64,000 nucleotides of DNA from a virus: the IMG/VR virus record IMGVR_UViG_3300017527_000643, positions 1 through 64,000 of that record, one strand, 5' to 3'. Positions 1-9,798 of the stretch are shown one piece after another. The position numbers were made by a program, and so were the translations under genes. Numbering within the stretch: position 1 is the stretch's first letter; every line of letters starts with the position of its first letter. The notes under the pieces are model-generated. The model did no database searches, was not told the origin of the DNA, and saw only the letters and a program-made list of their open reading frames with translations.

Positions 1-156
1 TGCTACGTGGGAGTTCATAGATTGTTACTTCATCCTGAAGAAGTAATCTCTATTCCTGAATTGAAAAAAGAGCAAAGGAAACAAAGAATTCGAGGCAGCG
101 GGCGTAGAAAAATTGGTCAAGTAATCCATTTAGAACCAAAAGGATCAAGACGTTAG
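1..156 (+). CDS. 3' end of a gene entering the window (possibly terminase large subunit C-terminus)
   Basis: Frame 1 is open from base 1 to TAG at 154-156 (CYVGVHRLLLHPEEVISIPELKKEQRKQ...). The terminase guess rests only on its position upstream of the head module. Confidence 0.3.
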   Translation, partial: CYVGVHRLLLHPEEVISIPELKKEQRKQRIRGSGRRKIGQVIHLEPKGSRR

Positions 157-210
157 TTAAATATTAGCTCGTATCTCGATGTAAGATTTTCTGCAGAAAG
201 GGGTAATGTT

Positions 211-864
211 ATGTATAAAGTTCAAAATATGACTCCAGGTAATCTTCCAATAGATTTGGAACAAGGTAGCATTATATTGACATCTGGTCAGGTAATTGAC
301 CTAGACGCCCATTGTTCAAGGAAGTGGATAAATACAAATATGTTATTGAAACAATTGCTTGCTTCAAAAGCGTTAAGAGTGGTTCATGATTCTACGGTCG
401 TAATTCCAAAGGCTCCTGTAAAGCAGGTGCGTAATATTAAGACAGAGGCTCGTGCGAAAAGGGCTAAGAAACTTCCTAAGCCTGCTATTGCTAAAGTTGC
501 TAAGAAACCAAAAGTTATAGATTTAAGTGGCAAAGAAGGCCCAACAGAGAAAAAATACAAGAAGCCAAGCACAAGATCTAAAAAAGAGACGAAAAAGAAG
601 GACGAGAAAGAAGAAAAACCTAAGAGAAAATATACAAGAAAAAAGAAGAAAGATGAGGATAAAGAGGACAAGCCTAAAAGGAAGTATACAAGAAAGAAGA
701 AAGAAGACAAGGAAGAAAAAAAGACGACAAAGAAGCGTACCTATACGCGTAAGAGTTCTACAAAAAAATCTTCTTCTAGAAGTTCTTCAAGCAGTTCTAG
801 GAAGAAGTCAGACAGCAAATCTACAAAAAAGAGAACATACAGGCGTAAAAAGAAGGATGATTAA
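211..864 (+). CDS. Lys/Arg-rich histone-H1-like basic protein with KR(K/T)YTRK repeats
   Basis: Globular N-terminal ~60 aa followed by a very basic tail with KPKRKYTRKKK x2, KKRTYTRK and KKRTYRRK. Confidence 0.7.
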   Translation: MYKVQNMTPGNLPIDLEQGSIILTSGQVIDLDAHCSRKWINTNMLLKQLLASKALRVVHDSTVVIPKAPVKQVRNIKTEARAKRAKKLPKPAIAKVAKKPKVIDLSGKEGPTEKKYKKPSTRSKKETKKKDEKEEKPKRKYTRKKKKDEDKEDKPKRKYTRKKKEDKEEKKTTKKRTYTRKSSTKKSSSRSSSSSSRKKSDSKSTKKRTYRRKKKDD

Positions 865-885
865 TTTTTAGGAACGGTGACCGCT

Positions 886-3153
886 ATGGCAAAGATTGAC
901 ACGCTTAAGTCTCATTTTGCATTCTTGGCAAGTTCCCAAGGATATATTAGTGAGGATGACTACCATACAGCATGCCATAGTATTACTGACAGCGGAATGC
1001 TGCAGGAATTGGCTGACTGGATAGTAGAAAAAGATTATAAATTGGTAAAGGGAGTTGGCCCACAGTACCAGCAGGAAGTAATGCAAAAGGTAAAGAACCC
1101 TAATGTAAACGATGTGAAAGATACAAAACATCGAACGCATAAAAATAAGAACAAATTTCAGAAGTCCAAGAAGAAGGACGCTGATTGGGAAGAAGACGAG
1201 CGCAAGCTTGAAGATCAATCAGCGGGTTGGGATCGTTTTAAACTAGTTGAAGGTGATACGTGGGATTACGTAATAGAAACAGGGATGGGTAATCCAACTG
1301 AAGAAGAAGAAAACGCTATTATGCGGTCGGATTATTATGGAAAAGAAATAACAGACGAAAGCATAGAAAGATTGAAAAAGGGATTGCCTTGGGAACCGAA
1401 GGGTAAATTTTCCATGACGTATTCTGGCGTGGATGGGAAGGAAGAAATGTCATTCGACTCGGCAGAAGAAGCCAAAGAATATATAGTAGACCGTAGCCCG
1501 CTTAGGGTAAGTGAAGATGGCTTTGGTACGGACTACGCAAGTTATTCGTTTAACAATTTCACGCTATCTGATTTAGGGTTGTCTCACAATGAGTACGGTG
1601 AACTGAAAACAGACGCGTCATTTCATCTGAATAAAACTATCGAAGATATGCAAGAATTCGAAGATGAGTTTCTTCCTGCCTGGAAGAAATGGAAAGCATC
1701 TTTGAACGACGATAAAGAATTTCTCGCACAGCTTGCTGCTGTGGGACTTACTGCACAGGATTTTAGCAACTACGAGCAGGCCCAACGTTCAATTATGCAG
1801 CTTATTGAATCATACGCAAATGAGATCCCAGAGGATGCACATATTGACCACGGGGCACTACAGAGTGAATTTTTGAAAATCGATCCGCGTTCTGAGCTTC
1901 CAATTAATCAGCGCATCACTAATGCAATCTCGCGGATGTATGATCCTGTAGTATTGAAAGAAATATTTGATACTATTTTTAGGGGCGTTCAGGCTGGCTT
2001 TGAAAAGGTGCCGCCGAAGCCCGATGAAGCGCCAGGGACGCCAGAAGAGCCTATGCCGTCTGGTACGCGTGAGATAGAATTCGATCTTGGCCCATCCGGG
2101 TTGGAAACTGCATCTAAGAAACCACGAGCACGTAAGGTTGCTGCAACGGTTGCTCGCATTGGGTATTCTGATAAAGAAAAGCTGAATATAAAGTTTGAAA
2201 ACGGTGCTAAGTTTTCTTCCTATGTGGCAGAAACTCCGTTGCAGAAGGCTGCTGGCTTAGAGGTATTTGATTCGTTAGCTACTACTGAGGGGTTGTTTTT
2301 CCCGTTTGAAGAAGAGGGCAGTGTAACGTTCCATATGGGCGCGGTTGCATTCCCAATTGATATTGTATTTTTGATGGAATCACCTAACGGGCTTGAAGTC
2401 GGAAAAGTAGTTGCGAATATCGAACCGGGCGCACCCGACTGGTGGTCCTACCCGAATACTGGTGCTGTATTGGAAGTAGCTGGAGGTATGTGTAAAAAGT
2501 CCAATATCAAAGTTGGGTCGGTTTGTAACGTCACTAGAAGAATTGAAGCTGATACGCTTCCTCCAGAGTACAGCTTGAGCTTACCTGATTACGCGGGTGA
2601 GCATGGTATCTTTGATTTGTTCAAGCTGCTGAGTGAATACCACAGCGGCCAAAGTGACCCTATCTATGCAGTTCAAAGTAGAGAAAGCAAAGACAATATT
2701 TCCTTAGATGAATTGGAAGCAATCGAAAGTCTGCTTGAAGATATTGATATGGGACGCTACATGCCGGGATATCCTCACGGGCAATTGGCTCCGGGTGAAG
2801 GCCCAATGAATAAACAAGAAGAGGAAGAGTACGAGAACGAGCAGGCAGAAGCGCGTAAAGATATGAGCATTGCTGAATCCTGGCTTCCAGAGATTAGAGA
2901 ACTAATTAGTGAAAATTCTCCTGAAGAAGACAGCGAGCCTGAACCAGAAGAAGATGATATCTTTATGCAGCCTTCTGGTTCGCTGGGCGGCAGAACGAGC
3001 GTTAGTGCCGGTGGAAAATTTTTAGGAGAGTTCTCTTCAGATGAAGAGGCCGAAGCTGCTATAAAAGAATGGATGGAAGAACATAAGTGGTACCCTAACG
3101 TATGGAGAGTATCAGATCACGGCAACATAATTGGACCAATCGTTCTGGAGTAA
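886..3153 (+). CDS. Acidic multi-domain head-associated protein containing a DUF192-like domain
   Basis: VAETPLQKAAGL...EGLFFPF...FHMGAVAFPIDIVFL...VLEVAGG matches DUF192 (~2190-2530). Start is ATG 886 (alternative GTG 877). Confidence 0.7.
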   Translation: MAKIDTLKSHFAFLASSQGYISEDDYHTACHSITDSGMLQELADWIVEKDYKLVKGVGPQYQQEVMQKVKNPNVNDVKDTKHRTHKNKNKFQKSKKKDADWEEDERKLEDQSAGWDRFKLVEGDTWDYVIETGMGNPTEEEENAIMRSDYYGKEITDESIERLKKGLPWEPKGKFSMTYSGVDGKEEMSFDSAEEAKEYIVDRSPLRVSEDGFGTDYASYSFNNFTLSDLGLSHNEYGELKTDASFHLNKTIEDMQEFEDEFLPAWKKWKASLNDDKEFLAQLAAVGLTAQDFSNYEQAQRSIMQLIESYANEIPEDAHIDHGALQSEFLKIDPRSELPINQRITNAISRMYDPVVLKEIFDTIFRGVQAGFEKVPPKPDEAPGTPEEPMPSGTREIEFDLGPSGLETASKKPRARKVAATVARIGYSDKEKLNIKFENGAKFSSYVAETPLQKAAGLEVFDSLATTEGLFFPFEEEGSVTFHMGAVAFPIDIVFLMESPNGLEVGKVVANIEPGAPDWWSYPNTGAVLEVAGGMCKKSNIKVGSVCNVTRRIEADTLPPEYSLSLPDYAGEHGIFDLFKLLSEYHSGQSDPIYAVQSRESKDNISLDELEAIESLLEDIDMGRYMPGYPHGQLAPGEGPMNKQEEEEYENEQAEARKDMSIAESWLPEIRELISENSPEEDSEPEPEEDDIFMQPSGSLGGRTSVSAGGKFLGEFSSDEEAEAAIKEWMEEHKWYPNVWRVSDHGNIIGPIVLE

Positions 3154-3177
3154 TTCAAAGAGGGAAGAGGAACCTGA

Positions 3178-4326
3178 ATGAAAACTACAAATAAAATGGA
3201 CGGAGATTCCTTCGCCAGGGAACTTGCTACTGCGGTGTCTTCTCCCAAGGACAACCACATAATTATTGCGCAGGAAGCCGTAGATCTTAAAGATGAAGCA
3301 ACGCAGTCTGCACAATCGTATTGGATGATGGGGTGGACTTGGGATGAAATTGAATCTGTCTTAGAAGATTCAGAATACCCCAAGAACGTTATCACCCACG
3401 CGATAAAGAACACAAAAGAATATGCTAAAAAGATACTGAACGAAGGTCCGTTTTCAGTTTTAAAGATGGGGCAGGATGTAAAATTGGTCAATGGGTCAGT
3501 TGGTGTATTGGAAGAGAAGTACGCTGACCACATTACTATCAATTTAAAAGATCTTGGCAGTACAAATATTACTGCTGATCAGTTGGATCTTCCTGCTACG
3601 GAGATGTTACGAGAAGCATACGGGCTTAGAATGAAAGCTGACCACATGCTTTATAAGCTGTCTACTGACCAGCTAGAGCCTATTTCGGTGGAGAGCCAAG
3701 CTATAGATCCTGCGCTTGAATCCGTTGATAATGCGCTTTCAGTAATGGCAAGCATTAAACAAAATACGGATGAAGTAAAGCGTGAAGCGGCGCAATTACA
3801 CAGCAAATGGGAATCCGATGTGGGCAAATGGGAACCCCAATCAGAAGAAGAGCGTGAATTTGCGCAGTATGTACAGGTAACGCTCACTGGAGAAAGCCAA
3901 GTAGACAGTGAGATTACAGAGGTATTTCATAATAGATTAGGTAGCGTTCTTGCCTCTCTGCACGATGAAATCCGTAAAGGAGCAGCAGTTGTAGATGAAG
4001 GTGTTCTAGACTTTCTGAATAATACGTTTCCCAACATTACAGATAAACTCGAAGCACATCTTTATGGGATCAAGCAGCGTAACGCTAAGGCACGGGAATA
4101 TGTACAGCAGTTCGCAAAATTTGATAAAGAAGATGCTGAGTGGAAGAAAAATGCAGTTCAATTTGCCGTGTCTTCATGGGAACTTACAAAAGAATTTATG
4201 GAAACATGGGAGTCTATAACTGTTCCTAGAATTGAAAAGGGCATTCAATCCATTTCGGGGCTTTTGGGGAATGTAGCTAAACAGCAAATAACTGCATCAG
4301 TTCAGAAAGCTTTGAAAACCCTTTAG
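3178..4326 (+). CDS. Hypothetical helical protein in head module
   Basis: 382-aa ORF with GAGG SD; no recognisable motif. Confidence 0.6.
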   Translation: MKTTNKMDGDSFARELATAVSSPKDNHIIIAQEAVDLKDEATQSAQSYWMMGWTWDEIESVLEDSEYPKNVITHAIKNTKEYAKKILNEGPFSVLKMGQDVKLVNGSVGVLEEKYADHITINLKDLGSTNITADQLDLPATEMLREAYGLRMKADHMLYKLSTDQLEPISVESQAIDPALESVDNALSVMASIKQNTDEVKREAAQLHSKWESDVGKWEPQSEEEREFAQYVQVTLTGESQVDSEITEVFHNRLGSVLASLHDEIRKGAAVVDEGVLDFLNNTFPNITDKLEAHLYGIKQRNAKAREYVQQFAKFDKEDAEWKKNAVQFAVSSWELTKEFMETWESITVPRIEKGIQSISGLLGNVAKQQITASVQKALKTL

Positions 4327-4347
4327 TATAATGTAATGAGGTGAGGA

Positions 4348-4590
4348 ATGTACCTATACTACGATAGAGTTTCTAAAATGTTTACGTTGGACGCAGGCGA
4401 CGACGGCGTTGTTTTTCTAGGGCCAATTACGAATGCCCTGGTCATGCTGCGATCCTACGGGCTTACGGACTCTCAAGCCAGAGAAGCCGCCCTACAAGCC
4501 GTTTTCAATATGGGCGCAGCGGTTGATATCGCAACGGTTCGTAGAATCGCATCTAAGGAAAGCCAATTCTTTAGGAGAAATGTTGCGTGA
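4348..4590 (+). CDS. Small hypothetical protein
   Basis: 80 aa, strong SD GAGGTGAGG. Confidence 0.6.
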   Translation: MYLYYDRVSKMFTLDAGDDGVVFLGPITNALVMLRSYGLTDSQAREAALQAVFNMGAAVDIATVRRIASKESQFFRRNVA

Positions 4591-4792
4591 CAAGCCACAA
4601 ACATACGTTTACCCAGATGATAATGATGGATTAGCGTTTGCTCCTCCATGCGAAATTGTTGATCTGGTTAAATTCGTAGATGGAGTTTGTCCGTTTTCTG
4701 GGCATGAGGATTGTAGGGATTGTATTTCAAATGAGTTTGATGCAGAGTGCATCTGGCAGCTTTGTAATTCAGACAGATTTGGATTGGCATAG
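4580..4792 (+). CDS. Small Cys-rich hypothetical protein
   Basis: ATG 4580 with AGGAG SD inside ORF 4433-4792; 6 Cys including CxxC; stop overlaps portal start. Confidence 0.5.
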   Translation: MLRDKPQTYVYPDDNDGLAFAPPCEIVDLVKFVDGVCPFSGHEDCRDCISNEFDAECIWQLCNSDRFGLA

Positions 4793-6621
4793 TGGCTAAA
4801 AAATCAAAAACAAAGAAGAAAGCATCTACGCGTAAAAAAGCTGCTGCACCCATCGTGCATAGTCCAAACGTAATCCAGACTAAAGCTCGTGGACCCATCC
4901 GAAGAACCGCCCAAACATATGGTGGAAGCTCTGGGGCTGGCAGCACTTCTCGTGGTAGTGGCCAATCTTTAGCCCAATCTCCTCTCTACTACGACTACAG
5001 ATGGTCTACGCCAGATAAGTTCTATTATCCTAAAAATAGAGTAGTAGCGAATTCTATTTGGAGAGAAGTTTATAAAAGAGATCCTGCTATTGCTGCTGCT
5101 ACAGATATGTACGCTGAACTTCCCTGGTCGCAGTTTGACCTTATGGGTATTGACGACAAGCACATTCGACATGTCTACGAAGATATGTTCACCAGTTTGA
5201 ACCTTGTTCCCAAGCTCCCCTCGTTTACTCGGGACTATATGATAACTGGAGAATTAGTCCTTCATAATATTTTCAATTCTACCAAGGGAATATGGGATCG
5301 GATAATCCCGCACAACCCAGATTATGTAAAGGTGGATGGGATTGGGTTGGCAGTTGAGCAACCGTTACTTTCGCTACTTCCCACGCCAGAAATAAAAAGA
5401 CTGATCAATTCAACTGACCCACGGATACGCAGATTGCAGAAGGTTATTCCTAAAGAGATCATCAATGCCTTTAGGATGAATCGTGAAGTTCCCCTTGATG
5501 CACTAAACACTACGTATCTTCCTCGTTTGAATTCGTCTACAGATGTACGTGGAACATCATTATACACTCGGCTGTTCCGCGTCATTATGTATGAAGACTT
5601 TATTGTTAATGCCAGCCTCGCGGTTGCCCAGCGAAACGCTGCGCCGTTACGTATCTTCAAACTAGGTGATCCAAACAGCGGTTGGTTGCCAGATGAAGAA
5701 GACGAAGCTGCCTTTGCTGAGATGCTGAGTATGGCAGAAGCTGACCCGCTTGCTGCTATTATCATGCACCATAACGTCACCGCAGAGTTGGTAGGGGTGA
5801 GTGACCGCGTGCTGCTTATTTCTCGTGAGTGGGATTTTATAGAGCGGGTAAAGCTGCTTGGTTTGGGAGTTGCTAAATCGTTTCTGGTAGGTGAAACCTC
5901 GTTTGCTGCCGCAGTTGCAGGCTTACAGACTTTGATGGAAAGGCTTGCAGCGTTACGTTTGCGGTTTGAAGACGATTGGATGATAAAGAAGATATGTGCA
6001 CCCATTGCAGAAATTCATGAATTTTACAAAAGACCGCGCTGTGAAACTGAGCATCGAATTAGGGTGCAACGACCGTTAGAAGAGCGCGAGTTGATTATTC
6101 CAAAAATTAAATGGCATAAGAGCCTGGAACCCACCCAGGATGTTGCTATTCTTAATGTATGGAGAGATCTGAAAGAGCGTGGCATTCTTTCTGAGCGCAC
6201 TTACACCGCTGGTGCGGGTGTGGATATTGACGCTGAACGTAAGAACATCGCAGAAGAGCGTAAGTACAAGCAGGAGCACCCAGAGATATATGGTGCGCCG
6301 CAGCAGCAACAGGCCCCTCCGAAGCCCGGTGCGCCGGGTGCCCCAGGCGCTCCTCCGGGAGCACCGGGAGCCAAGCCGCCAATTCCTCCCCCTGCCTCCT
6401 TACAAAAGAAGTATGGGTCTAATAACCCCTATATGGCTAGTAGTCGGGATGAATTGGTAACTCGGTTAGACGAATTGGCCGATACAGAAAATAAAGTAGA
6501 TGTTCGGGATGTTGTAGAGGCCATGGATGATTTGGAATTTGAAGAAGGCATAAACCGCCGTGAAGAGCTTTTGCTTAATGATATCCCCTTAGCAGGCTCA
6601 GATCTTCTCACTGGAGAATAA
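4792..6621 (+). CDS. Portal protein
   Basis: 609 aa upstream of protease/scaffold/MCP; portal-like segments (YKRDPAIAAATDMYAELP, PLRIFKLGDP, LGVAKSFLVGE); Pro/Gly-rich C-terminal tail. Confidence 0.8.
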   Translation: MAKKSKTKKKASTRKKAAAPIVHSPNVIQTKARGPIRRTAQTYGGSSGAGSTSRGSGQSLAQSPLYYDYRWSTPDKFYYPKNRVVANSIWREVYKRDPAIAAATDMYAELPWSQFDLMGIDDKHIRHVYEDMFTSLNLVPKLPSFTRDYMITGELVLHNIFNSTKGIWDRIIPHNPDYVKVDGIGLAVEQPLLSLLPTPEIKRLINSTDPRIRRLQKVIPKEIINAFRMNREVPLDALNTTYLPRLNSSTDVRGTSLYTRLFRVIMYEDFIVNASLAVAQRNAAPLRIFKLGDPNSGWLPDEEDEAAFAEMLSMAEADPLAAIIMHHNVTAELVGVSDRVLLISREWDFIERVKLLGLGVAKSFLVGETSFAAAVAGLQTLMERLAALRLRFEDDWMIKKICAPIAEIHEFYKRPRCETEHRIRVQRPLEERELIIPKIKWHKSLEPTQDVAILNVWRDLKERGILSERTYTAGAGVDIDAERKNIAEERKYKQEHPEIYGAPQQQQAPPKPGAPGAPGAPPGAPGAKPPIPPPASLQKKYGSNNPYMASSRDELVTRLDELADTENKVDVRDVVEAMDDLEFEEGINRREELLLNDIPLAGSDLLTGE

Positions 6622-6631
6622 GAGGTTTTCT

Positions 6632-7150
6632 ATGGCCGGGAGATTGAAAAATATCTTCGTGCATTGTTCTGCGTCCCCGTGGGGTGAGGTTCTGATTTTT
6701 GATGAGTGGCATAAGAAGCGCGGCTGGAGCGGCATAGGCTATCATTATATTATTTTGAATGGTCGGCCTTTTGCCGATGTAGATTATTGGGAGTTTCTGG
6801 ATGGACAAATCGAACCGGGGCGTCATCTCGATGATGACCCGATATTTGAAGACGATGAAATTGGTGCTCACGTTGCCGGTAGGAATCGTAGCTCTATTGG
6901 AATTTGTTTGGTGGGTAAAAAAGAATTCACGGACAAACAACTCGAAACAGCGAAAGAACTATTGAAGACCCTTACAGCCCACTTTGATCTTACGTTAGAC
7001 GATGTGCTGGGGCACTATGAAGATCCGAATACCAGCAAGACTTGCCCAAACATTCCGATGGAGTTCTTTAGAGAGTATTTGAAGGATAACCTTTCTTTGA
7101 AAGATTTGCAGGAGAAGATAGCGCATCACATTCAGGGTATCTATGGATGA
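6632..7150 (+). CDS. N-acetylmuramoyl-L-alanine amidase (Amidase_2, T7-lysozyme-like endolysin)
   Basis: VHCSA, GWSGIGYHY, GAHVAGRN, SIGICLVG, GHY...KTCP Zn-ligand motifs. Confidence 0.9.
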   Translation: MAGRLKNIFVHCSASPWGEVLIFDEWHKKRGWSGIGYHYIILNGRPFADVDYWEFLDGQIEPGRHLDDDPIFEDDEIGAHVAGRNRSSIGICLVGKKEFTDKQLETAKELLKTLTAHFDLTLDDVLGHYEDPNTSKTCPNIPMEFFREYLKDNLSLKDLQEKIAHHIQGIYG

Positions 7151-7827
7151 ACATTACAAAAGAAAACATAGATCATTTTTGGCAGAATGTGGTTGTAAAG
7201 AACTTTCCAGATGCTAAAATAAAGTTCAAGAATAAAAGCATTTTGATGCGCATTCTTGGCGTGTTGCTATTTTTCAACCCTTCCTTTATGACAAAATTTA
7301 TTACGGTGCTTGGCAATACTATCTACGTGCCAACAGCAAAGTGGATGGAGGATGAATACCGTACTATCTTATTTGTTTTTTCCCATGAGTTTGTCCACAT
7401 GTGGGACCGCAATCTTTCTAAACTTGCGTACAAATGGGATTTGTTTTCTTTGGGGTACCTTTCCCCGCAACTATGGGGCTTGCTTAGTTTGACTGCGTTT
7501 TTGGCTTTCATCAATTTATGGTTTTTATTGTGTTTGATTCCTTTGGTTTTTGTAGCTCCTTGGCCTTCTCCTTGGCGCACAAAGATTGAAGCTAATGGCT
7601 ACGCAATGACTATGTATATACGGTCCATTACAATTGACCCGCAGTATGATAAAGAGCAGGGAGCAGAATTGCTAGCTAAGAAGCACTTTGTCAGTAAACA
7701 ATATTACTGGATGTGCCGCGATAAAGATAAAGTCAAGAAGATGCTGATTGAACGATACGAAACGTTACCGCAAACGCATGGTGCATTTAACGAGGTTTCC
7801 CAATGGGTAAAGACCCAACTACGCTGA
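7147..7827 (+). CDS. Membrane-associated zincin metallopeptidase-like protein
   Basis: HEFVH (HExxH), a hydrophobic hairpin (LWGLLSLTAFLAFINLWFLLCLIPLVFVAPW) and downstream ExxxY. Confidence 0.6.
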   Translation: MNITKENIDHFWQNVVVKNFPDAKIKFKNKSILMRILGVLLFFNPSFMTKFITVLGNTIYVPTAKWMEDEYRTILFVFSHEFVHMWDRNLSKLAYKWDLFSLGYLSPQLWGLLSLTAFLAFINLWFLLCLIPLVFVAPWPSPWRTKIEANGYAMTMYIRSITIDPQYDKEQGAELLAKKHFVSKQYYWMCRDKDKVKKMLIERYETLPQTHGAFNEVSQWVKTQLR

Positions 7828-8594
7828 CCCTATCTCCATCAAAAGTTGATACATTTCAGGGATGTAGACGCCTTTTCAAATACCGTTATTTGGAGCAGCC
7901 ATTCATTCCTGAAGAAAACAAGTACTTTCTTATTGGGAATATTGCACATAAGGTGCTAGAAGATTTGCATAAAGAACAAATGGATAGTTCCAAGCTAAAC
8001 TGGAAATCGGCTATGGGACGCCATTTCAAAGCTGCGGTTAAAACCTACAAAGCGTATGACAAAATAAAAAAAGGGGTAATCACAAAGGACGATTTATATT
8101 CTATAAAGATGATGATGGCCAAGTACCTAAAGCACTTGAAAAAGAATGATGTTCCTAATGTGTTTCAGGTTGAAAAGCTGGCCAAAATCACATTCGATGG
8201 TGTTGTAGTTTGGTTGAAAGCAGATAGGATAGATGAATTAAACGAAAACTCATACAAAGTTATAGATTATAAATCGGGGAGTCCTGCGACTAAAAAAGAT
8301 GAATTGGCTTCTGTACAAATTCCTTCATATGGTATATGGTTGAGGCAATTACTGCCTGATGCGGATTATATAAAAGGGCAGTACCTGTACTTGAAATATG
8401 TTGACTCTAAAAGGGGCATCCATACCTACGATATATCGGATGAAATGATGGATCAGGCAAAAGAAAAATACTTGAAAGTTGACCGGAAGTTAAAGAATGG
8501 CTGCGATTATAGGCAGAATTTCAAGTACAAATATTGCCGGTGGTGCGACTTTAGGCGACACTGCCTGGAGGATGAAAACGATGACCTTTCATAA
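7803..8594 (+). CDS. PD-(D/E)XK RecB/Cas4-like nuclease with probable Fe-S cluster
   Basis: LSPSKVDTFQGC, GNIAHKVLE, KADRID, IDYKSG, QxxxY, C-terminal CxxCxxxxxC. Confidence 0.85.
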   Translation: MGKDPTTLTLSPSKVDTFQGCRRLFKYRYLEQPFIPEENKYFLIGNIAHKVLEDLHKEQMDSSKLNWKSAMGRHFKAAVKTYKAYDKIKKGVITKDDLYSIKMMMAKYLKHLKKNDVPNVFQVEKLAKITFDGVVVWLKADRIDELNENSYKVIDYKSGSPATKKDELASVQIPSYGIWLRQLLPDADYIKGQYLYLKYVDSKRGIHTYDISDEMMDQAKEKYLKVDRKLKNGCDYRQNFKYKYCRWCDFRRHCLEDENDDLS

Positions 8595-8757
8595 GACTGG
8601 TATATCCCCAATAGAAGAGATCAAATGCAGTTGCGGGCATGAGATCAAGGGGCACATTAGTTCATGCCCTAACTGCAAGAAGACATTAGTTCCTGAGAAT
8701 CTACAAACTGCACCGAAAGATCCTCCTCCCGATAAAGAAGAATCAAAAGTTAAATAA
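8581..8757 (+). CDS. Small zinc-ribbon protein
   Basis: ATG 8581 after GGAGG; CSCGH...CPNC. Confidence 0.55.
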   Translation: MTFHKTGISPIEEIKCSCGHEIKGHISSCPNCKKTLVPENLQTAPKDPPPDKEESKVK

Positions 8758-8779
8758 TTGATCTAATCTCAGTTTATAC

Positions 8780-8824
8780 TCTCTCCTGTAACTTTGGTTG
8801 CAAACCTTATGTTTACAGGAGAGA
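8780..8824 (+). promoter_or_regulatory. RBS-sequestering hairpin in the protease leader
   Basis: TCTCTCCTGTAA (8780-8791) is the perfect reverse complement of TTACAGGAGAGA (8813-8824), which contains the SD; inner GGTT/AACC stem. Confidence 0.7.
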
Positions 8825-8827
8825 ACT

Positions 8828-9718
8828 ATGCCGTTTTACAAGACCGCTCAGACTCCCATCGTTAGCGTCTACGAATCGTCTGGAAAATTTAGTAAAAGAG
8901 CAGCCCAAAATGATGAAATGACACAGCAAGAAGACGATGCTGTGAAGACTGCGTTGAACATCTTATCAAAAGATGTTCTCAAGGCTGTTTCTAAAGTTTA
9001 TAACATATCTGATAATATCAATGATTATATTTTTCCAGTGCCTCGTGCGGTGACTGCTGATGAACCAAACAACAATGGTGATAATTTTAGGCATGATGAA
9101 CTTACGCGGTTCTCATCCAATCACCGTTGTTTAGTTTTTCAGACTTTCCGCAATGATCCTCTACATATAGAGCACGCAGCAGACGACCCAAAGAGTGCGC
9201 GTGGCTATATTCCTGATGCCCACTATGTGACAGCTAAGGATGACGATAAGCACGTTCTTACTGTTGTGGCGATGGATACTACTAAAGATGCGCCTCTAGC
9301 AGAAAGCTTATTGAGCGGGGATGTTGACACATTTTCTATGGGATGCATTTGTGACCAAGTGCGTTGTAGTTACAGCAAATGTAACTCTCCAGTGGCTAAC
9401 TCGGATAGGGACTTATGCGATCACTTGAAATGGTACAAAATGTCTACCATTGATGGTGAGCTTATTTATGAAGATTGCTTGGGAGTTGAGTACCAGGAAT
9501 TGTCCGTTGTTGGTAATCCTGCAGATCCTAAAGCAAAAACACAAGCTCTCCTGAAGTATGCTGCAAGAAAAGCTAAACTTGGTCAGCCTCGTGCGGCATT
9601 TAGTTTACTTTCTACATTAGTTAGTGAGCCAGACCAGCGAGAAGTAGCTAGATTCTTTAGTAAAAACGCAGGTAAGCTGCCTGAGTCTATGTTAAGATTA
9701 GCCGACAAAATCTTATAA
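8828..9718 (+). CDS. Prohead (capsid maturation) protease with Zn finger
   Basis: NxNGDxF..EL, TF...HIEH, FSMGC, CSxxxC..CDH, ELSVV..PADP motifs; lies between portal and scaffold. Confidence 0.85.
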   Translation: MPFYKTAQTPIVSVYESSGKFSKRAAQNDEMTQQEDDAVKTALNILSKDVLKAVSKVYNISDNINDYIFPVPRAVTADEPNNNGDNFRHDELTRFSSNHRCLVFQTFRNDPLHIEHAADDPKSARGYIPDAHYVTAKDDDKHVLTVVAMDTTKDAPLAESLLSGDVDTFSMGCICDQVRCSYSKCNSPVANSDRDLCDHLKWYKMSTIDGELIYEDCLGVEYQELSVVGNPADPKAKTQALLKYAARKAKLGQPRAAFSLLSTLVSEPDQREVARFFSKNAGKLPESMLRLADKIL

Positions 9719-9798
9719 ATATAAACTTTCAAAATATTCTAACAGAAGTTTAACAATTTTTCCTATAAATTAGATAATAACAATAAGGAGTTTCAACA

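Noticed and set aside
7803-8594. CRISPR-Cas locus
   Set aside because: Only a stand-alone Cas4/RecB-like nuclease; no array or other cas genes seen
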